From Gemmatimonadales bacterium (GTDB lineage: Bacteria; Gemmatimonadota; Gemmatimonadetes; Gemmatimonadales; GWC2-71-9), in contig JAHBVU010000011.1 in the NCBI GenBank assembly GCA_019637315.1, positions 7,242 through 71,241 on the forward strand: a DNA stretch of 64,000 nucleotides, written 5' to 3'. Positions 1 to 8,125 of the stretch are shown one piece after another; position 1 is the first letter of the stretch, and the number at the start of each line of letters is the position of its first letter. Both the position numbers and the translations under genes were made by a program. The notes under the pieces are model-generated. The model was not told where the DNA came from. It did no database searches and saw nothing but the letters and a program-made list of their open reading frames with translations.

Positions 1-531
1 GCCCTCGACGTAGAACGTGGGCGTGCTCTGGGCGCCGCTCTTGACGGCACCTTCCGCATCCGATCGAATCTGCGGCACCGTTTCTTCCTTCTCGAGACAG
101 GCGCTCATCGCCGACTTGGGCAGCCGGAGCGAGTCGACCAGGGTCATGAAGAAGGGGGCGGGGTTCCGGAGCGGTCCCCAGGTTTCCTGATGCCGGAAGA
201 TCAGATCATGCGCGGGCCAGAACTTCCCGTGCTTTGCTGCGCACATGGCGACCGACGCCGCTGGCACCGCATTCGGGTGAATCGAGGTCAGTGGCAGGTT
301 GACGAAGACCCAGCGCACCTTGCCGGTCTGGATGTACTCGCGGTCGAGGGCCGGGAAGGTCTCGATGGCGTGCCGGCGGCAGTAGGGGCACTGGAAATCC
401 GACATCTCGTAGACGACGATCGGCGCGTTGGGCGACCCTTTGGAGCGGGCCGAGAGCGGAATGTCCTGGGCGTCCGCCAGCGCAGCGAACGCCGTGCCTA
501 ACGAGAAAACGAGGAGGAGTGCACGCAGCAT
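1..531 (-). CDS. DsbA-like thioredoxin-fold thiol:disulfide oxidoreductase, N-terminal part; the gene runs off the window start (start codon at 531, 3' end truncated)
   Basis: Translating the reverse strand from the ATG at 531-529 gives MLRALLLVFSLGTAFAALADAQ (signal peptide), then ...IVVYEMSDFQCPYCRRH... with a CxxC (CPYC) active site, then ...VPAASVAMCAAKHGKFWPAHDLIF. No in-frame stop occurs before position 1. It is missing from the ORF track because it is incomplete. Confidence 0.7.
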   Translation of the reverse strand, partial: MLRALLLVFSLGTAFAALADAQDIPLSARSKGSPNAPIVVYEMSDFQCPYCRRHAIETFPALDREYIQTGKVRWVFVNLPLTSIHPNAVPAASVAMCAAKHGKFWPAHDLIFRHQETWGPLRNPAPFFMTLVDSLRLPKSAMSACLEKEETVPQIRSDAEGAVKSGAQSTPTFYVEG

Positions 532-533
532 GA

Positions 534-1244
534 TCAGTACCTCGGCCGGTGCCGGCCGGTTCGGGAGTCGAGATAGAGGGTATCGCGGCCGAGCGGGACA
601 TTCCAGTACCACTCGCTGTTCGGGTCGATCGGGTCGAGGGCCCGCGCCGTGACCCACCAGGTCCGGCCGACCAGCCGAATCGACGACCAGCCTCCCGCGT
701 TCGTGGTGTCGGCAAAGGGGCGGGCGAAAAAACCGCGGCCGGCGTTGCGCGCTAATCGCCGGAACTCGCGATAGGTGGTATCTTCCCACTGTCGGCTGTC
801 ATCCCTCAAGCGGGCAATGACGGGTCCGACGCTGTCGCGTACGGCGTCCAGCGCCGCTCGTGTTGTGGCAAGTTCGTGATCGATTCGGGTGGCCGAGTCA
901 GCCAGTGCCCGAACCTCCGCATCGTCTGCGCCGCGGACCGCGAGCAGACTGTCCCGTAGCCGTTGCGTGGTCCGCGCTCGTTCACTGGCGCGGACATAGG
1001 CCGCGTACGGCGTCCGAAACAGCCGAAACAGACTGTCGAGTTCCTCCGTATGAGGACGCGGCTCGGCCTGCTCCTCCAAATCAGCGAGGATCCGGTCGCG
1101 GTCGTATGGCAGGAAGGTAACGACGACCCCGGCAGCTGGGGTGTCGACACCATCGAGGTCGGGAACGGACACGCGCACGGTGGTGTCAGGCCGGCCACAC
1201 GCGGCAACGAAGAGGCATGACGCGACGAATGCGGCTCGGGACAC
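534..1244 (-). CDS. hypothetical lipoprotein (signal peptide with lipobox FVAAC-G)
   Basis: 236-aa ORF. The N-terminus MSRAAFVASCLFVAACGRPD has a signal peptide and lipobox. Its stop lies 2 nt upstream of the DsbA-like start at 531. No recognisable catalytic motifs. Confidence 0.5.
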   Translation of the reverse strand: MSRAAFVASCLFVAACGRPDTTVRVSVPDLDGVDTPAAGVVVTFLPYDRDRILADLEEQAEPRPHTEELDSLFRLFRTPYAAYVRASERARTTQRLRDSLLAVRGADDAEVRALADSATRIDHELATTRAALDAVRDSVGPVIARLRDDSRQWEDTTYREFRRLARNAGRGFFARPFADTTNAGGWSSIRLVGRTWWVTARALDPIDPNSEWYWNVPLGRDTLYLDSRTGRHRPRY

Positions 1245-2131
1245 GCGGGAAAGTTAGCCTGATACTGGGCCTGCTCCAATCCGTTGCAGGTGGAGCGGTG
1301 GCGCAGCGTGCCTCGATCGAGTCGCTGTTTCCGCCGTCGCCATCAGGCTATGTCGTCGACGAGGCCCGGATCATTCCCACCGATCGCTCGGCGAGCATCG
1401 CGGCCCGGATCGATCTCTTACGTCAGCGGACCGGCGCCGAGATCGCGGTCGTAACGCTGCCGACCCTCGGGAGTTACGAGCCAGTCGATGTTGCCGTGGC
1501 CATCGGCCGCACCTGGAAGGTCGGCGCGGCGGCTGAAATCGGCGACGCCCGCCGCAACGCCGGCGTCGTGATGCTGATCGTGCCGAGGACCGATTCCACC
1601 GCCGGCCGGATCTTCATCGCGACGGGTCGCGGTGTCGAGGGCTTTGTGACGGATGCGGTTGCCGGCCGGATTCGCGATCGGATGCGGCCGCTGCTGTCGG
1701 CGGGCGAGTACGGGGCCGGGATCGAGCGTGGGGTGACGGATCTGGCCGCGGTCATCGCGAGCGGCTTTGGGGTGAACGACACGAGTCTCGTGGGCGCAGA
1801 TCGTTCGATCTTTCAGCGAGACGACCGGATCATTCCCGGCGAGGCCGTCGGGATCATCATCGCCGGTGTGATCATCCTGATCGTGATGGCGATTGCGATT
1901 TCGCGCGGGGGCGGTGGCGGTCCAGGCTCGGGGCGCGGGGGGCGTTACGGTCCGAGGCGGGGCCGCAACGATGACCTGGCCTATTGGCTTGGTGCGGTGC
2001 TGGGCAGCCAGATGGGGCGCCGGTCCGGCGGCGGTTGGGGCGGAGGCAGCTGGGGTGGCGGTGGCGGCGGGTTTGGCGGCTTCGGTGGCGGCGGCGGGTT
2101 CAGCGGTGGTGGCGCGGGAGGGAATTTCTGA
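1217..2131 (+). CDS. TPM-domain (TLP18.3/Psb32/MOLO-1, YgcG-like) protein with a C-terminal TM helix and a Gly-rich tail
   Basis: 304 aa. Signal-peptide-like N-terminus, a TPM-like core (VVDEARIIPTDRSASIAARIDLLRQRTGAEIAVVTLPTLGSYEP...GVVMLIVPRTDS...IFIATGRGVEG...AGRIRDRM), a hydrophobic segment IIIAGVIILIVMAIAI, then a GGGWGGGSWGGGGGGFGGFGGGGGF tail. The start is uncertain: the ATG at 1217 (or 1229) overlaps the divergent lipoprotein start at 1244. Confidence 0.8.
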   Translation: MTRRMRLGTRGKVSLILGLLQSVAGGAVAQRASIESLFPPSPSGYVVDEARIIPTDRSASIAARIDLLRQRTGAEIAVVTLPTLGSYEPVDVAVAIGRTWKVGAAAEIGDARRNAGVVMLIVPRTDSTAGRIFIATGRGVEGFVTDAVAGRIRDRMRPLLSAGEYGAGIERGVTDLAAVIASGFGVNDTSLVGADRSIFQRDDRIIPGEAVGIIIAGVIILIVMAIAISRGGGGGPGSGRGGRYGPRRGRNDDLAYWLGAVLGSQMGRRSGGGWGGGSWGGGGGGFGGFGGGGGFSGGGAGGNF

Positions 2132-2853
2132 TGCGGCCAGATGTCAGCGTGATCATCGACAAAGTCGGCGTCAGCGTAAGCGAGTCGTTAGGCGCGACCG
2201 CCTCGGCCGTGCTGTACGGCTCCGCCGCCCGTGGTGAGCATCTCGACGACTATTCGGATATCAATGTGTTGCTGGTAACGCAGTCGCTCGAGCCGTTGGT
2301 GCTCCAGCGCCTGCGAGCGGCAATCGAACCGCTCCGGGCCCATTCCCGGGTTCCGCCGTTGATTTTTACGTTCGACGAATGGCGCCGTTCGGCCGACGTC
2401 TTCCCGATCGAGATCGTCGACATGCAGGTGGCTCGTCGCATCCTGGCCGGGGCTGATCCGCTGGAGCGGATGGTGGTCGCCCCTGCCGATCTCCGGCGGG
2501 CGCTCGAACGCGAGTTTCGTGGTAAGCTGCTGCGATTGCGCCAGGCGTATGCCTTGCTGGACGATCAGCCGGCTCTTCTGGCGGAAACGGTGGTGCGCAG
2601 CCTCTCCGTGCTGGGGGTGCTCTTTCGTGCCACCCTCGTGCTTGCCGATGGCGGAGCTCCCATCGCAACGCCGGAGACGATCGAGCGGGCGGCGACCGTG
2701 ATCGGTTTCGACGCCGAACCGGTGCTGTCGATCTATCAGGAGCGCGGGATCAATCGGCCCGCGGTTGGGCGCAGCACGACCGAACAGTACCTTATGGCGG
2801 TCGATCGCGCCGTGCAGTTCATCGATCAATTTCATCTCGGAGGGACCCCGTAA
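2131..2853 (+). CDS. nucleotidyltransferase-domain protein (Pol-beta/KNTase-like NTase with a C-terminal helical extension)
   Basis: The ATG at 2131 overlaps the TGA of the TPM gene (TGATG). The N-terminus carries the minimal NTase motif YGSAARGEHLDDYSDINVLLV (GS...D.D). It is followed by a ~140-aa helical region, giving KNTase-like two-domain organisation. The ORF-track entry 1984..2853 is a 5' extension that overlaps the TPM gene. Confidence 0.65.
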   Translation: MRPDVSVIIDKVGVSVSESLGATASAVLYGSAARGEHLDDYSDINVLLVTQSLEPLVLQRLRAAIEPLRAHSRVPPLIFTFDEWRRSADVFPIEIVDMQVARRILAGADPLERMVVAPADLRRALEREFRGKLLRLRQAYALLDDQPALLAETVVRSLSVLGVLFRATLVLADGGAPIATPETIERAATVIGFDAEPVLSIYQERGINRPAVGRSTTEQYLMAVDRAVQFIDQFHLGGTP

Positions 2854-3419
2854 TGCTTGCCGTGATTCGCCCCATTGCGTTGGCTGCGCTCGTGATCGCC
2901 GCCGGAACCGGGTGCGGGTACAATCAGATCCAGGCCAAGGACGAGGGCGTCAACAAGGCGCTCGGCGACGTCCAGGCGCAGCTGCAGCGGCGGGCCGACC
3001 TGATTCCCAACCTCGTCGAAGTCGTCCGCGGCGTTGCCAGGCAGGAATCGACCATTTTCATCTCGGTCGCCGAGGCGCGTTCGCGGCTGGCGGGTGCGGT
3101 GCAGTCGGGCAGCGTGGCCGAGATGGCCCAGGCCGACGAAGCGCTTCGCCAGCCGCTCGGGCGGTTGCTGGCGCTGGTGGAGAACTACCCCGAGCTCAAG
3201 TCGAACCAGAACTACCTCGACCTCCAGAGCCAGCTCGAAGGCACCGAGAATCGCATCTCGGTAGCCAGGCAGGACTATAACGGTGCGGTCCGCGACTTCA
3301 ATACTTACATCCGGACGTTTCCGTACAACCTGACGGCCAAAATTTTTGGCGCGGGAACGGCAAAACCGTACTTCGAGGCGAGCCCGGGCGCTGAAGCGGC
3401 GCCGCAGGTCAAGTTCTAG
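2853..3419 (+). CDS. lemA: LemA family protein
   Basis: 188 aa with an N-terminal TM helix. The LemA hallmark NQIQAKDEGVNKALGDVQAQLQRRADLIPNLVEVVRG...ENYPELKSNQNYLDLQSQLEGTENRISVAR is present. The ATG at 2853 overlaps the TAA of the NTase gene (TAATG). Confidence 0.85.
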   Translation: MLAVIRPIALAALVIAAGTGCGYNQIQAKDEGVNKALGDVQAQLQRRADLIPNLVEVVRGVARQESTIFISVAEARSRLAGAVQSGSVAEMAQADEALRQPLGRLLALVENYPELKSNQNYLDLQSQLEGTENRISVARQDYNGAVRDFNTYIRTFPYNLTAKIFGAGTAKPYFEASPGAEAAPQVKF

Positions 3420-3426
3420 CGGGAGG

Positions 3427-4347
3427 TCAGTCGGTGACGACGTCCGGGAGCAGGTAGCGCAGCGGATTGACCGGACGGCCGTTGACGTGGACTTCGTAGT
3501 GCAGATGGGGGCTGGTGGAGAGACCGCTATTGCCGACCAGGGCAATCCGCTGGCCCCGTTCGACCCGATCGCCCGCCCTCACGAGCAGCCGTGAGGCGTG
3601 GGCAAACTTGGTGACGATACCGTAGCCGTGATCGATCACCACCATGTTGCCGTAGCCCGTTTCCCATCCCGAAAACGTGACACGCCCGCGTGCCGGCGCT
3701 TCGATCGGCGTTCCCATCGGTGCGGTGATGTCGACGCCCTCGTGCGGCCGTGCGACGTGGAGAATCGGGTGCTCGCGCATGGCGGCAAAGGCGCTGCTCA
3801 GCCAGCCCGTCGTCGGCATGATCGACGGTGTGGCGGCCAGTCGGTCGGTGTGCGAAGCCAGGCTGTCGGCCGCCTCACGGAATGAACGCGTCAGCAAGTT
3901 GGCCCGTCGGATCAGGGCGTCGACATCGACTCGGACCGCGCTGGCGCGCAACTCGAGCTCGCCGGGTGCTTCCGTCCGATTGTCCAGCGGGGCCGGGCCA
4001 CCGATACCGGCGGCGTGCACCTGCGGGTCGATCGGCTGCAGGTTGGCGAGCAGCCGGATCCGGTTGTCGTGGATTTCGAGCGCGGAAATCGAGTCGGTCA
4101 GCCGAGCCAGCCGGCCCTGAATGGTCTGGAGGTCTGCCGCCAGCCGCGTATTCTCTTCGGCGATGGCCTGGGCCTGATACATGTTGATCGAGCGGGCCAC
4201 CGTTCCGTAGCCCAGGAAGAGCGCGACGATCACCGCACCCAGCGCGAGAATGGCGCCGAGCTTCACGGCAGTTTCGGTAATCTCGATGACGCGAGAGGTA
4301 CTCGAACCCTGCGGAACAACGATGACAGTCCAGCGGCTCTTCTTCAT
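3427..4347 (-). CDS. M23 family (LytM-type) metallo-endopeptidase with an N-terminal TM helix and a coiled-coil region
   Basis: The C-terminal catalytic domain has intact zinc motifs: HEGVDITAP (HxxxD) and ...GNSGLSTSPHLHYEVHVNG (HxH). The start is taken as the ATG at 4347 (MKKSRWTVIVV); the longer ORF-track N-terminus has no support. Confidence 0.8.
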   Translation of the reverse strand: MKKSRWTVIVVPQGSSTSRVIEITETAVKLGAILALGAVIVALFLGYGTVARSINMYQAQAIAEENTRLAADLQTIQGRLARLTDSISALEIHDNRIRLLANLQPIDPQVHAAGIGGPAPLDNRTEAPGELELRASAVRVDVDALIRRANLLTRSFREAADSLASHTDRLAATPSIMPTTGWLSSAFAAMREHPILHVARPHEGVDITAPMGTPIEAPARGRVTFSGWETGYGNMVVIDHGYGIVTKFAHASRLLVRAGDRVERGQRIALVGNSGLSTSPHLHYEVHVNGRPVNPLRYLLPDVVTD

Positions 4348-4511
4348 GCCCACCTGGCACGGACTTCGGCCTGCCGTTGGTGCTGACGGCTGACGTCCGG
4401 CGCGATACGATGTGACGGGCTGTGCGCCCTGCGATACCTGGCAGAACCAGGCCCCCGGCGGCGTCCGTCCGCAAGTTTCCCGCCTGACGGAGCCGACCAA
4501 TTATGCGTCTC

Positions 4512-4540
4512 GATCGCAGCCCTGTCAAGCGGCTGCGATC
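4512..4540. terminator. GC-rich inverted repeat (10-bp stem gatcgcagcc / ggctgcgatc, 9-nt loop), 30 nt downstream of the metG stop on the minus strand
   Basis: A perfect inverted repeat read directly from the DNA. The downstream tract is not U-rich, so this is hairpin-only evidence. Confidence 0.3.
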
Positions 4541-4569
4541 GACGAGTTATCGTGTTGCCCCGCAACGAG

Positions 4570-6093
4570 TTACGCGACGGTCTGAGTCGGGGGTTTTGGG
4601 AACAGGATGTCGGGACGTGCAACAGTCAGTCCGGTGCCCGACGCGTTCTGCAGCAGGGCCCAGGCTTCCCGGTCGATCGGGGTGGAGTATCCCAGGGCAG
4701 TCCAAATTTTCGCGGATCGGTCCGGCAGGTACGGCGAGACGAGCACGGCCAGCCGGGTCAGCACTCGGTGGAGTGCGGCGAGCACGGTATCGAGCTCCTG
4801 GTCGGCCCGTGCTTTGGCCAGACTCCACGGGGCAGACCGGGTGATGTACAGGTCGGCCGCGGTGACGAGTCCCCAGGCTGCTTCCAGCGCCCCTTTGAGA
4901 TCGTAGCCATCCAGGGCCGACACATAGGCGGGGATGAGTTCCTCCCGCGCCGTTCTGTCGAGCACGGTGTCCGGACCGGCCGGTACCAGGCCGCCCCGGT
5001 ACCGCTCGATCATGGCGAGGGATCGGGCAGTCAGGTTGCCGATTCCGTCGGCCAGGTCCGAGCCATAGCGCGCATCGAACCGGTCCCAGGTAAAGTCGCC
5101 GTCGCTCTCGAAGCCGACTTCCCGCATCAGGAAGTAGCGGAGCGCGTCGGAACCGTGGCGGTTGATGGCGTCGTCGAGATTGACCGCCGTGCCCGCTGTT
5201 TTGGACATCTTGGCGCCGAGCCATTGGACGTATCCGTGCGCCCAGACGGCCCGAGGCGGGGCAATCCCGGCAGCCAGGCACATGGCTGGCCAGAGCACGC
5301 AATGGAATCGGGAAATGCCTTTGCCAATGATATGAAGATCGGCTGGCCAGAGGCGCTGATAGCCCTCGTCCGGAAATCCGGTGGCCGAGAGGTAGTTGAT
5401 GACGGCGTCGAACCAGACATAAATGGTATGCTGGCTGCTCTCGGGAAACGGAATGCCCCACGGCAATCGTGACCGTGAAATCGAGATGTCCTGCAGGCCG
5501 CTTTCGAGCAGCCGCAACATCTCGTTCCGCCGGATCGCGGGTTCGACGCTCAGCTCGCCTGAGTTGATCATGCCGAGCAAGCGATCGCCATAGGCGGAGA
5601 GGCGGAAGAAGTGGTTCTGCTCCCGGGTTGGGACCAGCGCGAGCGTCGGGTGCTCGGCGCACCGGCCGTCGGTGACCTGGCTCTCGGTCTTGAATTCCTC
5701 GCATCCGGTGCAGTAGAGGCCTTCGTAGTCGGCGAGGTAGACGTCGGCGGGGCTCCGCTCCTGGATCCGGCGGAGCAGCTCCTCGACGGCGCGCACGTGC
5801 CGTGCTTCGGTGGTGCGGATCCAATCGTCGTTGCTGCAGTCGAGCCGCTGCCAGAAGCGGGCAAACCTCTCCGCCATGCCGTCGACCCAGGCCTGGGGCG
5901 TGACGCCGTGGCGTTCGGACATCTGGATCACGCTCTGCGAGTTCTCGTCCATTCCCATCAGGAAATGCACGTCGTCACCCCGCAGTCGTCGGTAGCGCGC
6001 AATGACGTCGGCGCCGACCTTCTCGAGCGCGTGCCCGAGGTGCGGGTCGCCGTTGGAGTAGTCGATGGCGGTGGTGAGGTAGAACTTGGCCAC
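4570..6093 (-). CDS. metG: methionine--tRNA ligase, short form without the C-terminal tRNA-binding domain
   Basis: 507 aa. Class-I aaRS motifs DPHLGHALE (HIGH-like) and GAKMSKTAG (KMSKS-like). Full-length collinearity with MetRS, including the zinc knuckle CTGCEEF. Confidence 0.95.
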   Translation of the reverse strand: MAKFYLTTAIDYSNGDPHLGHALEKVGADVIARYRRLRGDDVHFLMGMDENSQSVIQMSERHGVTPQAWVDGMAERFARFWQRLDCSNDDWIRTTEARHVRAVEELLRRIQERSPADVYLADYEGLYCTGCEEFKTESQVTDGRCAEHPTLALVPTREQNHFFRLSAYGDRLLGMINSGELSVEPAIRRNEMLRLLESGLQDISISRSRLPWGIPFPESSQHTIYVWFDAVINYLSATGFPDEGYQRLWPADLHIIGKGISRFHCVLWPAMCLAAGIAPPRAVWAHGYVQWLGAKMSKTAGTAVNLDDAINRHGSDALRYFLMREVGFESDGDFTWDRFDARYGSDLADGIGNLTARSLAMIERYRGGLVPAGPDTVLDRTAREELIPAYVSALDGYDLKGALEAAWGLVTAADLYITRSAPWSLAKARADQELDTVLAALHRVLTRLAVLVSPYLPDRSAKIWTALGYSTPIDREAWALLQNASGTGLTVARPDILFPKPPTQTVA

Positions 6094-7164
6094 TTACACG
6101 TCCGGTGTCGAAGGATTCGAAGGTCCGCTGCCGCCACGTCCCCGACGGCGGCGTCGTCGCTTGCTGCGCCCGCCCGGACGTTCGGCCGGGGTCGGCTGCT
6201 CCGGCTCGCTCGGTGTCGGCGCCGCTTGATGTGTGGCTTGCTGCGCTTGGGGCTGGCGCGGGCGCTCGGTCCGCGCGCGCTCCGAGGGAGCGGGGCTCTG
6301 GGGGGCCGCGGGGGCCTGGTCGACGCCGGCCATTTCCTCGCGCAGATCGGCCAGCAGGACCGTCCGATGCCCGTGCTCGTCGCTGCGGAGGAAGACCCGC
6401 TCGCGAAAGATGTCGACCGCGATGACCTTTTCGGAGCCCCGCCCCGTGCGCACCGCCTTCCCCTCCTTGGGAAAGCGCTTGCGCGATGTGACATAGAACT
6501 CGTGCTCGTACTTGAGGCAGCAGAGCAAGCGGCCGCACCCGCCGGAGATCTGGGCCGGATTGAGCGAGAGATGCTGATCCTTGGCGAGCGCCAGGCTGAC
6601 CGGGTCGAGCGACTTGAGCCAGGTCGAACAGCAGTACTCCTTACCGCAGCGCCCCACGCCGCCCAGGCGCGCGGCTTCGTCCCGGACCCCGATCTGGCGC
6701 AGCTCGATCCTGGTCTTGAACGTCGTGGCCAGGTCACGCACCAGGTCGCGGAAGTCGACCCGTTTTTCCGCCGTGAAGTAGAAGGTCAGCTTCTTGCGAT
6801 CCCATTGCCACTCGGCGTCCGACATCTTCATTTCGAGGCCGTAGTGCCGGACCCGCTCTGCGGCGCGGATTCGGGTCGTGTCCTCCGAGCGCCGGAGGTC
6901 GTTGGCCACCCGGATTTCTTCCTGGGTCGCGACGCGGAGGACCGGTCGGGTCGGAGCGGGCGGAGTGCTTCCGGAGGCGCAGCCGCTGCAGCCGGCCGCA
7001 CACTTCTTGGCGGCCGTGTCGCCGGTAACGCCGACGCGACCGAAATCGAGACCCCGCTCCACCTCCACGATGACCGGTTGGTGGAGGTGCAGGGAGTCGG
7101 GCTCACCCCAGAGAAAGTAGTCTTTCCGGTTGCCCTTGAAGCGTACTTCGACGGTGGTCGGCAT
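6094..7164 (-). CDS. PSP1 C-terminal domain protein (RicT/YaaT family)
   Basis: The N-terminus MPTTVEVRFKGNRKDYFLWGEPDSLHLHQPVIVEVERGLDFGRVGV and the Cys cluster GRCGKEYCCSTW...GGCGRLLCCLKYEHEF are typical of the family. Low-complexity Arg/Pro-rich C-terminus. Its start overlaps the accA stop by 1 nt and its stop abuts the metG start. Confidence 0.8.
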   Translation of the reverse strand: MPTTVEVRFKGNRKDYFLWGEPDSLHLHQPVIVEVERGLDFGRVGVTGDTAAKKCAAGCSGCASGSTPPAPTRPVLRVATQEEIRVANDLRRSEDTTRIRAAERVRHYGLEMKMSDAEWQWDRKKLTFYFTAEKRVDFRDLVRDLATTFKTRIELRQIGVRDEAARLGGVGRCGKEYCCSTWLKSLDPVSLALAKDQHLSLNPAQISGGCGRLLCCLKYEHEFYVTSRKRFPKEGKAVRTGRGSEKVIAVDIFRERVFLRSDEHGHRTVLLADLREEMAGVDQAPAAPQSPAPSERARTERPRQPQAQQATHQAAPTPSEPEQPTPAERPGGRSKRRRRRRGRGGSGPSNPSTPDV

Positions 7165-8123
7165 CAGACCTCCGCGAAGACCCCCATCGACGAGTACTTG
7201 TCGGCGCGGCGGCGGACCAGCTTCTCGGGGCGGATCTTGCGAAGCTCGCTGACGTGTTTGACCAGCGTGGCTCGGAGCGACTCACCGGCGGCGTCCGGGT
7301 CCTGGTGCGCACCGCCGACCGGTTCCGCGATGATCTCGTCGATGATCTTGAAGCGCAGCAAATCGGTTGCGGTAATCTTGAGGGCCTCCGCGGCGCGCTC
7401 GCGCTGACTGGCGTCCTTCCAGAGAATCGCTGCGCAGCCTTCGGGCGAAATCACCGAGTAGACCGAGTTCTCGAACATCAGCACCCGATCGGCTACACCA
7501 AGTGCCAGCGCACCGCCCGAGCCGCCTTCGCCAATGACGCAGCTGACGATCGGGGTGGGCAGCGCCGCCATTTCGAGAATGTTGGTGGCCAGCGCTTCGG
7601 ACTGTCCCCGCTCCTCGGCGCCGATGCCGGGGTAGGCGCCCGGGGTGTCGATCAGGGTGACGACGGGCGCATGGAACCGGGCCGCCAGCTTCATCAGCCG
7701 GAGCGCCTTGCGATAGCCTTCGGGGTGCGGCATCCCGAAGTTGCGCCGGATGTTTTCCCGGGTGTCCCGCCCCTTCTGGTGCCCGATCACCATGACTGTC
7801 TGGCCGGCCAGGCGGGCCCAGCCGCCGACGATCGCGAGGTCGTCGCGGAACAGGCGGTCGCCGTGCAGCTCGACGAAATCGGTGAAGATGGAGCCGAGGT
7901 AGTCGAGGGTGTAGGGACGCTTGGGGTGCCGTGCCACACTGACCCGCTGCATCGGGGTCAGGTTCCGGTAAATGTCCTGGCGCAGACTGGTCAGCTTGTT
8001 TTCGAGGGTCGCAATTTCCTCGTCGACATCGATTTGCCGCTCCTCGCCAACACGGCGAAGCTCCTCGATCTGGCGTTCCAGCTCGAGCAGGGGCTTTTCG
8101 AAGTCCAGGGTATGTACGGCCAT
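7164..8123 (-). CDS. accA: acetyl-CoA carboxylase carboxyltransferase alpha subunit
   Basis: 319 aa, collinear with AccA (…RNFGMPHPEGYRKALRLMKLAARFHAPVVTLIDTPGAYPGIGAEERGQSEA…). Confidence 0.95.
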   Translation of the reverse strand: MAVHTLDFEKPLLELERQIEELRRVGEERQIDVDEEIATLENKLTSLRQDIYRNLTPMQRVSVARHPKRPYTLDYLGSIFTDFVELHGDRLFRDDLAIVGGWARLAGQTVMVIGHQKGRDTRENIRRNFGMPHPEGYRKALRLMKLAARFHAPVVTLIDTPGAYPGIGAEERGQSEALATNILEMAALPTPIVSCVIGEGGSGGALALGVADRVLMFENSVYSVISPEGCAAILWKDASQRERAAEALKITATDLLRFKIIDEIIAEPVGGAHQDPDAAGESLRATLVKHVSELRKIRPEKLVRRRADKYSSMGVFAEV

Positions 8124-8125
8124 AT

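Noticed and set aside
2001-2125. GGC-rich simple repeat
   Set aside because: It encodes the in-frame Gly-rich C-terminal tail of the TPM-domain protein.
5611-7407. 598-aa + strand ORF antisense to metG/PSP1
   Set aside because: It lies entirely within two well-supported minus-strand genes. Its amino-acid composition is Arg/Gly/Ala-rich and motif-free, typical of stop-codon-poor antisense frames in ~68% GC DNA.
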